From Oscillospiraceae bacterium (lineage in GTDB: Bacteria; Bacillota; Clostridia; Oscillospirales; Ruminococcaceae): a DNA stretch of 31,962 nt. Position 1 is the stretch's first letter, and each line of letters begins with the position of its first letter. Both the position numbers and the translations under genes were made by a program. Below, in pieces: positions 1 to 6,206 of the stretch. The notes beneath the pieces were generated by a model. That model was not told the DNA's origin. It was given only the letters and a program-made list of their open reading frames with translations, and did no database searches. The stretch covers positions 1-31,962 of the forward strand of contig JBJEQL010000352.1 in NCBI GenBank assembly GCA_051881735.1. Direction: 5' to 3'.

Positions 1-83
1 TTGGTGCAATTCTATCTGCCAACTTTATCTACCGAACAAATGAGGATTAGTATAAGGCATTATCTAAGGAAGTAGGGAAAAGA

Positions 84-773
84 ATGACAGTTGTATTTAT
101 CAGAGCAGTGATATTATATCTGCTTATCATATTTTCAATGCGCTTAATGGGAAAGCATCAGATAGGGGAGCTGCAGCCGTCCGAGCTTGCCGTTACTATC
201 CTTATTTCCAATATAGCAACACTTCCGGTCGAAGATATGACAATGCCGCTTTTTACCGGAATAATACCTATCTTAACGCTTGCCTGCCTTGATGTTATCA
301 TGTCATGGCTTGGGATAAAATCAAAACGGCTGCGTAATCTTACCTGCGGAAAGCCTGTCGTTATAATCAGCAACGGAATAATTGACAAACAGAAAATGAA
401 TGATATACGTTTTACCTCCGATGACCTTATGGAAGCTTTGCACAGTAAGGATATTTTTGACATAAGCGAGGTTCAGTTTGCCGTTGTCGAAACAACAGGA
501 GCGGTTTCTGTGTATCAGAAGCAGCCTTTCAGGAATCCGACAAATCATGACCTTGATATACGGGGAAGAAGTATTGACCCACCCGAAGTCGTGGTCGATG
601 ATGGAAGAATAATTGATGATGCGCTTAAAAGAACCGAAAAAAGCAAAGAATACCTTGAAAAGATTTTGCAAAAAGAAAAGACCGGACTTTCCGATGTTTT
701 TCTTATGACGCTTGACGGCGATGGAAATTATTCATTGATAAGAAATGGTGTTCAGGGAGAAAAGAATAGATGA
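84..773 (+). CDS. DUF421 (YetF/YcaP-like) membrane protein
   Basis: Three N-terminal hydrophobic segments, the family motif MRLMGKHQIGELQPSELAVTILIS and G(K)PVVIISNG..., and duplicated C-terminal soluble repeats (PPEVVVDDGRI); purine-rich RBS upstream. Confidence 0.9.
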   Translation: MTVVFIRAVILYLLIIFSMRLMGKHQIGELQPSELAVTILISNIATLPVEDMTMPLFTGIIPILTLACLDVIMSWLGIKSKRLRNLTCGKPVVIISNGIIDKQKMNDIRFTSDDLMEALHSKDIFDISEVQFAVVETTGAVSVYQKQPFRNPTNHDLDIRGRSIDPPEVVVDDGRIIDDALKRTEKSKEYLEKILQKEKTGLSDVFLMTLDGDGNYSLIRNGVQGEKNR

Positions 774-1147
774 AACGGACGATAACAGCTTTTGTACTCC
801 TGACAGTAATAATTATTTGGTCTGTTTTGGGCATTTTTATCGTGCAAAAAGAAAACAGCAGCCTTGTTGACGTTATAAAACGCATCGAAAGCTGCTGTGA
901 AAATGATGATATGACAGAGGCAGAGGAATTAGCCGGAAAGCTTGAAAAGCTCTGGAAAAAATATGAGAGAAAAATGTCACTTATCGTTGCTGATGAAAAG
1001 CTTACAGCACTCAGTACATCTATCTCAAAGATCAGACCGTATTGCCGTGATGCTAATGATGAGCTTTTGGCGGAGCTGGAAAATATAAAACGGCAGCTCG
1101 AACTGGTATATAAATCCGAACTGCCATTTTGGTATAATATTTTATGA
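770..1147 (+). CDS. DUF4363-like exported/membrane-anchored helical protein
   Basis: ATGA overlap with the DUF421 stop, one N-terminal hydrophobic segment, helical charged body ending in NIL. This is the usual partner downstream of DUF421 in clostridia. Confidence 0.7.
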   Translation: MKRTITAFVLLTVIIIWSVLGIFIVQKENSSLVDVIKRIESCCENDDMTEAEELAGKLEKLWKKYERKMSLIVADEKLTALSTSISKIRPYCRDANDELLAELENIKRQLELVYKSELPFWYNIL

Positions 1148-2353
1148 CTGCTTTCTTTTAAGGTCAACGCAGACAACTATCAATTCACCGTTGCTGTTGT
1201 AAAAATGCGATGAAATGGTTTTACAGCTCTGACCGGTAGCTGCCGAGATATACCAGCCCGAAATAAACGGGTCTTCTATCTGCTCTTTTATCGCATAAAA
1301 GTAGTTTTTGATATCATGATTAACGCCTATGAGTGCAGGAGTGTAACCCGAAAGAATTTCCGTATCCTTCTGAAGCACAGTCGGGGTAAGCTGGAAACCC
1401 TTGCTGTCGATAAGGAATGCACATTCGATCTCTTTGTGGTCGGCAACATAAGCTTCAAGTTCGCTTGTATATTTATCGGGGGAAATGCCGGTAATGCGGT
1501 TTATCAGCCCGAAAATAATGCGCTTATATGTTTCAAGCTTAACATTAGCAACAGTCGGATTCTTTTTCATGCTTACATTCAGTTTCTGTGCAGCGTCTTC
1601 AAGCTTCAGGCGAGCTTCATTTGAATAAATGTAATCGAAGCGTTCCGGCTTGGAAAAATAAAATCCCTGGAAATAGTCAACACCCATAAGCATACAAGCT
1701 ATGACTTCATCAACTGTTTCAACGCCTTCGGCAACTGTCATTGCACCTATCTGCTTTGCAGTATTTATTATAGATTTGAAAACTTCCTGATTATATGTAT
1801 TTGAAGAAATGTTTGAAACGATCGCCCTGTCGATTTTAATAATATCAGGATTTATCAGCATAATTCTGTTCTGTGTTTCAAGACCGTTGCTGACGTTGTC
1901 GAGTGCAATATGAAAACCTCGTGAGCGATAGAAATCAACGAACATCAGAAGATTATATGCGTCACGGACATTGGTTTCATTAAGTTCAATAACGATGTTT
2001 TCGGGTGAGATACCGTTTTCTTCGGCGGTTTTAAGAATCTCGCCATTTCCGGGAATGACATCGTTTAAAACTGAAGTTTCAAAGTTTATAAAAAGCGTTG
2101 ACGAGTCATTTTCCTTCGGAAAAGCTGCCATAGCTTTTTCACGGCAAAGCCTGTCGAGTTTGAGCGTTTCACCGTGTTTTTTTGCATAGTTAAACAGAAA
2201 ATAAGGCGAAATCATTTCATCGCCTATTTTTCCTCTTGAAAGTGCTTCAAGTCCAATTATTTTTTTAGTGTTAAAAGAATAGATAGGTTGGAAATCAACG
2301 TATATTGATCTATCCTCAATAATTCCATGTATTAATTCGTCATTGATATTCAT
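1142..2353 (-). CDS. EAL-domain protein with YkuI-like C-terminal (Cache/PAS-like) domain
   Basis: FQPI, LEALSRG, FINF, IELNE, IALDN, IIKID, AEGVET and FQGFYFSKP motifs, then a helical linker and a PFISGWYISAATG...TIS domain; RBS GAGGGAG. Confidence 0.88.
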   Translation of the reverse strand: MNINDELIHGIIEDRSIYVDFQPIYSFNTKKIIGLEALSRGKIGDEMISPYFLFNYAKKHGETLKLDRLCREKAMAAFPKENDSSTLFINFETSVLNDVIPGNGEILKTAEENGISPENIVIELNETNVRDAYNLLMFVDFYRSRGFHIALDNVSNGLETQNRIMLINPDIIKIDRAIVSNISSNTYNQEVFKSIINTAKQIGAMTVAEGVETVDEVIACMLMGVDYFQGFYFSKPERFDYIYSNEARLKLEDAAQKLNVSMKKNPTVANVKLETYKRIIFGLINRITGISPDKYTSELEAYVADHKEIECAFLIDSKGFQLTPTVLQKDTEILSGYTPALIGVNHDIKNYFYAIKEQIEDPFISGWYISAATGQSCKTISSHFYNSNGELIVVCVDLKRKQS

Positions 2354-2373
2354 ATTATTTCTCCCTCAACGGG

Positions 2374-2715
2374 TTATTTTACGGCAGAAATTTTGCTGCA
2401 TATACTGTCATATATTCTGTAAAGCTGCTGAACTCCATTTTCAAGAAAAAAGTAATGTGCAATATAGAAAACGAGCAAGATCAGGCAGAGCAATACGATC
2501 ACAAGGAATGCAATGATCTGCGACTGGAAAAATATTATCAGGTTTATAAACATTACAAGTGCAAATAGAACTGTAACTATCAGATGAACCAAGCGCTCAT
2601 GCTGCATAAATTCAATTTTAACAAGCAGTTCTTTTCTAACTGCTTCAAAATCTGCAGAGTCATCTTCAAGAACTTCAAGAAGATATTTTATGTATTCTGA
2701 AAAATACTTTTTCAC
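2374..2715 (-). CDS. Conserved hypothetical two-TM membrane protein (113 aa, GTG start)
   Basis: GGAGGGA RBS directly before GTG at 2715; the ORF-track start at 2754 lies in the promoter. Motifs QHERLVHLIVT and HYFFLENGVQQLY flank two hydrophobic helices. Confidence 0.7.
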   Translation of the reverse strand: MKKYFSEYIKYLLEVLEDDSADFEAVRKELLVKIEFMQHERLVHLIVTVLFALVMFINLIIFFQSQIIAFLVIVLLCLILLVFYIAHYFFLENGVQQLYRIYDSICSKISAVK

Positions 2716-2742
2716 GTCTGTCCCTCCAATATTATTACATAA

Positions 2743-2770
2743 ATTATAACACAATATTTTAAAAAATTCA
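2743..2770 (-). promoter_or_regulatory. Sigma-A promoter for the 2715/EAL operon
   Basis: TTGAAT, 16 nt, then TG-n-TATAAT (extended -10) on the minus strand. Confidence 0.65.
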
Positions 2771-2801
2771 ATAGTTTTTATAAAAATAAGGTGAAATCTA
2801 C

Positions 2802-2829
2802 TTGAAATTTTCGGTATTATGTGTATAAT
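2802..2829 (+). promoter_or_regulatory. Sigma-A promoter upstream of the long DUF368 leader
   Basis: TTGAAA (2802-2807), 16 nt, TATAAT (2824-2829). A second TG-n-TATACT lies at 2837-2845. Confidence 0.65.
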
Positions 2830-2840
2830 AAATATGTGTT

Positions 2841-3095
2841 ATACTAAGGAAACACTGATTAAATCGTTTCTGCCGTTTTTCGTCATGCTCTCAATGACGG
2901 ATTTTTTGAGTATTCCTCAAAACGGCGAAACTATTGCTTCGCATTAATCAGCGTTTCCCTAAACACCATTTATAATATGGAAAAATTCAATCCGACAATC
3001 TTATAACTGTTGAAAACAGTAAGTTGTTGAAAACAACTTTATATTGGATTTCAGAGCATTTTTTTCCGTTTTTTATTGGTGTTTAGTATTAAACA
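2841..3095 (+). ncRNA. Candidate structured RNA / 5' leader with two Y-shaped domains (family not recognised)
   Basis: Nested stems: 2848-2862/2944-2958, 2866-2877/2921-2931, hairpins 2881-2899 and 2906-2920; 2960-2968/3077-3085, 2977-2985/3061-3069, 2989-2995/3044-3050, hairpins 3006-3020 and 3021-3039. Three G-U pairs favour the + strand. Confidence 0.55.
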
Positions 3096-3137
3096 GTATC
3101 GGATAATTTTTTTCATTAGATATTTAAGGAGAATGTT

Positions 3138-3965
3138 ATGAATTATATCATACTTGCACTGAAAGGTATTGCTATTGGAATTGCCAACGCCGTTCCCGGC
3201 GTCAGCGGCGGAACGATCGCCGTAATTACCAAGATATATGACAAGCTGCTTGCAGCGATCACACCCAATATTAAGAAGCTTATAAAGAATCTGTCGTTTC
3301 TCATTCCGGTCGGAGTCGGAATGGCTGTCGGAATCCTTATAGCCGCAAAGATACTCGGTTTCCTTTTTGAAGAGTACAATGTCCCCACACAGCTTTTCTT
3401 TATAGGAGTTGTTATAGGCAGCATACCTATGATATATAAGGAGTGTACAAGTGAAAAGAAGCTTTCCGCAGTTTGTATCGCTCCATTGGCCGCAGGTCTG
3501 CTTGTAATGGCTGTAATGGCATTTCTTACACCGGCAGAGAGTGCAGGTTCGGATAGTCTTGATCTTGTAAGCGGAATAATGCTTTTCATTGCAGCGATCC
3601 TGTCTGCTGCGGCAATGATAATCCCCGGAATAAGCGGTGCATTGATAATGAAGGTGCTCGGCGCGTATGATATGATCATTGCAGCGGTAAACGATCTTGA
3701 TTTCCCTGTGCTTTTGATTTTTGCAGCAGGAGCTGTTGTAGGGATCTTCGCAGCTGCAGGAATTATTACCTCGCTGCTGAAAAAGTTCCGCAGGGGGACT
3801 TACTGCCTGATAGGCGGACTGATAATCGGTTCAATACCGTCAATTTTTCCTGAGAATTTTGCGTTTGACGTACAAGGAATTATCGGAATAGTTATGCTTG
3901 TTGTCGGAATTGCTGTTCCGATGCTTACCGAGCTTCCTGCAAAGAGAAAAGCAAAGACGGAATAA
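3138..3965 (+). CDS. DUF368 membrane protein (undecaprenyl-phosphate translocase family)
   Basis: Duplicated signature GIANAVPGVSGGTIA and AAMIIPGISGALIM, many TM helices, RBS AAGGAG. Confidence 0.9.
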   Translation: MNYIILALKGIAIGIANAVPGVSGGTIAVITKIYDKLLAAITPNIKKLIKNLSFLIPVGVGMAVGILIAAKILGFLFEEYNVPTQLFFIGVVIGSIPMIYKECTSEKKLSAVCIAPLAAGLLVMAVMAFLTPAESAGSDSLDLVSGIMLFIAAILSAAAMIIPGISGALIMKVLGAYDMIIAAVNDLDFPVLLIFAAGAVVGIFAAAGIITSLLKKFRRGTYCLIGGLIIGSIPSIFPENFAFDVQGIIGIVMLVVGIAVPMLTELPAKRKAKTE

Positions 3966-4017
3966 TTTTTCAGATGACAGCGTATAATATCCTCAAATCT
4001 ATTTTCGGGGTATTTAT

Positions 4018-4932
4018 ATGCGTGATTCAAATGATTATAATGTTTTCTTTGATAAAAAATCCGAGGTCATTTTCTCACCGAAAAAAAGCCGTTCAAAAAA
4101 ATATTCGGGTTTAGCATTGCTTATCTCTGCAGCATTGATACTTTCGGTGATTTTTTTTGCTTTCCTGATGGCGGAATGTATAGGAAGCGAAAATGATATT
4201 GTAACTTCATTTGCAGAAACGGAAAAAACTTCCGAGGATTCTTCGGCATATCTGAACGAGTATGCAAACGCTGCACAGGTTTTTGATATATGGGAGAAAA
4301 AAACGCTCACCGTTCCCGAAATCGTAAAAAAAGCCAAGCCTTCGGTTGTCGGCATTATTTCTGAATTTCCGGATGGAACAAAATGTACCGGAACAGGTAT
4401 CATTATGAATGAAAACGGCTGCATAGTGACTAATGCCCATGTTATACAGAACATTTCGGATTCAGGTGTGATATGCGCCGAAAAAATTCAGACCGTGTTT
4501 TCCGATAAAAGCGAGCATAACGCCGAAATTATTGGTGCAGATATACCAAGCGACCTTGCTGTGATAAAGATTGAGTCGGAAGGCGTACAGCTTTTTCCTG
4601 CCGAATTCGGTGACAGCGACAGCCTTGTGGAAGGTGAAACTGCCGTTGCGATAGGAAATCCTCTTGGACTTGAACTGTACGGTTCAACGACCTGCGGAAT
4701 AATAAGCGCACTCGGAAGAACGATAACCGTCAGCGGTTATGAGATGACATTGATACAGACCGATGCAGCGATCAATCCGGGCAACAGCGGAGGCCCTTTA
4801 TTAAACTGCAGAGGCGAGGTCATCGGGATAAATTCAAGCAAGATCATCTCGGATAACGCCGAAGGGTTAGGCTTTGCGATACCGATCTCCGATGCAAAGC
4901 CGATAATAGAAAGACTTATCGGAGAAAACTGA
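4018..4932 (+). CDS. Membrane-anchored trypsin-like (S1C/HtrA-type) serine protease lacking PDZ
   Basis: One TM segment, triad motifs TNAHVI / DLAVIK / GNSGGPL, plus IQTDAAINPG and EGLGFAIP. The protein ends right after the protease domain. Confidence 0.88.
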   Translation: MRDSNDYNVFFDKKSEVIFSPKKSRSKKYSGLALLISAALILSVIFFAFLMAECIGSENDIVTSFAETEKTSEDSSAYLNEYANAAQVFDIWEKKTLTVPEIVKKAKPSVVGIISEFPDGTKCTGTGIIMNENGCIVTNAHVIQNISDSGVICAEKIQTVFSDKSEHNAEIIGADIPSDLAVIKIESEGVQLFPAEFGDSDSLVEGETAVAIGNPLGLELYGSTTCGIISALGRTITVSGYEMTLIQTDAAINPGNSGGPLLNCRGEVIGINSSKIISDNAEGLGFAIPISDAKPIIERLIGEN

Positions 4933-4951
4933 TATTTTTTGAAAAAATTAC

Positions 4952-5075
4952 AGCCGTGCAGAAGGAGAGCACCCTTTGCCAATTCGTTTATAGGGAAGCG
5001 AATTGAGCAAAGTTTGTGGCTCGGTACCGATAAATACTTCTTTATCGGCAGTACCCTAAATGTGCGGCTTTATTT
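4952..5075 (+). other. Three-way-junction stem-loop element between convergent genes (possible bidirectional terminator or ncRNA)
   Basis: Closing stem 4952-4960/5061-5069, long arm 4967-5022, second arm 5023-5055; T-rich tails on both strands. Confidence 0.55.
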
Positions 5076-5771
5076 GTCTATATAGGACGTTTTCTCATAT
5101 TTTTTCCGAAGTGTTTCAAGAGCCTTTTTTTCTATCCGTGAAACATAAGAGCGTGAAATATCAAGTTTTTTGGCAACTTCACGCTGAGTAAGCGGCTTTT
5201 TTCCATATAGTCCGTATCGGTTAATAATAATTTCAAGTTCACGTTCGTCAAGACACTCGTTGATAAACTTGTAAAGCTGTTCGGATTTTATCGAAAGATC
5301 GATCTTATCAACTATTCCGTCATCTTCTGCAATAATATCAATAAGTGTAAGCTGGTTTCCGTCTTTGTCAACGTCAACCGGTTCATCAAAATATATATCA
5401 CCCGAAGATTTTTTCTTTGAACGGAAATGCATCAGAATTTCGTTTTCAATACAGCGAGAAGCATACGTCGCGAAGCGTGTGTTTTTAGAATTATCGAATG
5501 ATTCGACGGCCTTTATAAGACCTATCGTTCCTATGGAGATAAGGTCTTCGCTTTCGCTTTGTGATGCGCAGTATTTTTTTACGATATGTGCAACAAGTCG
5601 GAGATTATGTTCAATAAGCCTGTTCCGTGCCGAGCTGTCGCCGTTTTTCATAAGCGCAAAGCACTCTTCCTCCTGCTTTGCTGAAAGCGGCTTAGGAAAA
5701 ACTCCGCAGTTTTCAAAATGCAGTGCAAAAAACAGAATGTTTTCAAGAAAAAAGTTTATGATCTCTAACAT
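5070..5771 (-). CDS. sigK: Sporulation sigma factor pro-sigma-K, uninterrupted
   Basis: FPKPLS, LIEHNLRLVAHIVKKY, DLISIGTIGLIKA, TRFATYASRCIENEILM, PLTQREVAKKLDISRSYVSRIEKKAL; hydrophobic N-terminal pro-sequence. Confidence 0.93.
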   Translation of the reverse strand: MLEIINFFLENILFFALHFENCGVFPKPLSAKQEEECFALMKNGDSSARNRLIEHNLRLVAHIVKKYCASQSESEDLISIGTIGLIKAVESFDNSKNTRFATYASRCIENEILMHFRSKKKSSGDIYFDEPVDVDKDGNQLTLIDIIAEDDGIVDKIDLSIKSEQLYKFINECLDERELEIIINRYGLYGKKPLTQREVAKKLDISRSYVSRIEKKALETLRKKYEKTSYIDK

Positions 5772-5799
5772 AAATGCCGCCCCTTTGCTTATTTATACA

Positions 5800-5829
5800 T
5801 TAATATGGCGGTGGCAATATGTCCTATGT
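5800..5829 (-). promoter_or_regulatory. Sigma-E-like promoter of sigK
   Basis: Minus strand reads gacATA, 17 nt, CATATTAA(T), about 30 nt upstream of the start codon. Confidence 0.55.
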
Positions 5830-5897
5830 CAAACAAAGCGGCATATCTTTTCGGATATTTCGCTGCAATATTTATTCGGCGCATAAAGAATTTCTGT

Positions 5898-5924
5898 AAC
5901 ACAATTGGACCCACAGCATAATAT
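5898..5924 (+). promoter_or_regulatory. Mother-cell (sigma-K/sigma-E-like) promoter for the small Cys-rich gene
   Basis: AACA, 15 nt, CATAATAT (CATAnnnT -10). The spacer is about 1 nt shorter than typical. Confidence 0.45.
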
Positions 5925-6002
5925 GAACTATGAACACCGCAAAAAAGGAATCACTTCCGAGCGGAGTTCAAATACATTTATTTTTTAAAGGAGAACTTTA
6001 CA

Positions 6003-6149
6003 ATGTGTGGATTCAATTTTGGAAATAACAACTGTTGCTGGATCATCATCCTTCTTATTATCATCTGGGTTTGCTGCTGCAACGATCACGATCATTGTGA
6101 CAGCGATCAGAACTGCGGATGCTCTTGCAGCTGCTCACCTATGTGCTGA
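6003..6149 (+). CDS. Small Cys-rich membrane peptide, 48 aa (not in ORF track); probable sporulation protein
   Basis: RBS AAAGGAG then ATG at 6003. Translation MCGFNFGNNNCCWIIILLIIIWVCCCNDHDHCDSDQNCGCSCSCSPMC*, followed by a strong terminator. Confidence 0.85.
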   Translation: MCGFNFGNNNCCWIIILLIIIWVCCCNDHDHCDSDQNCGCSCSCSPMC

Positions 6150-6168
6150 TTTAACCTCCGGTAAATCG

Positions 6169-6206
6169 AATACCCCTGCGGTGAAATATTGCCGCAGGGG
6201 TATTTC
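6169..6206. terminator. Bidirectional intrinsic terminator
   Basis: 13-bp perfect stem AATACCCCTGCGG / CCGCAGGGGTATT between the convergent 6149 and 6206 stops. Confidence 0.85.

Noticed and set aside
1-75. 3' end of an upstream CDS
   Set aside because: Two open frames (ending at 50 and 75) are equally possible and too short to assign.
3001-3043. CRISPR mini-array or replication origin
   Set aside because: Only two 10-nt cores with a 7-nt gap, no cas genes, no dnaA/dnaN and no cluster of perfect DnaA boxes.
4976-5030. c-di-GMP-I riboswitch (GCAAAG motif, EAL gene nearby)
   Set aside because: Lacks the upstream GGCAAAC...GAAA hairpin and is at gene 3' ends rather than in a leader.
5070-5771. 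skin-like element or intron in sigK
   Set aside because: The frame is continuous and full length; no recombinase nearby.
6003-6149. Cys-rich peptide as a SCIFF/ranthipeptide RiPP precursor
   Set aside because: No SCIFF CxxCxxxCxxxC pattern, it has a TM-like core, and no radical SAM or other modifying enzyme is nearby.
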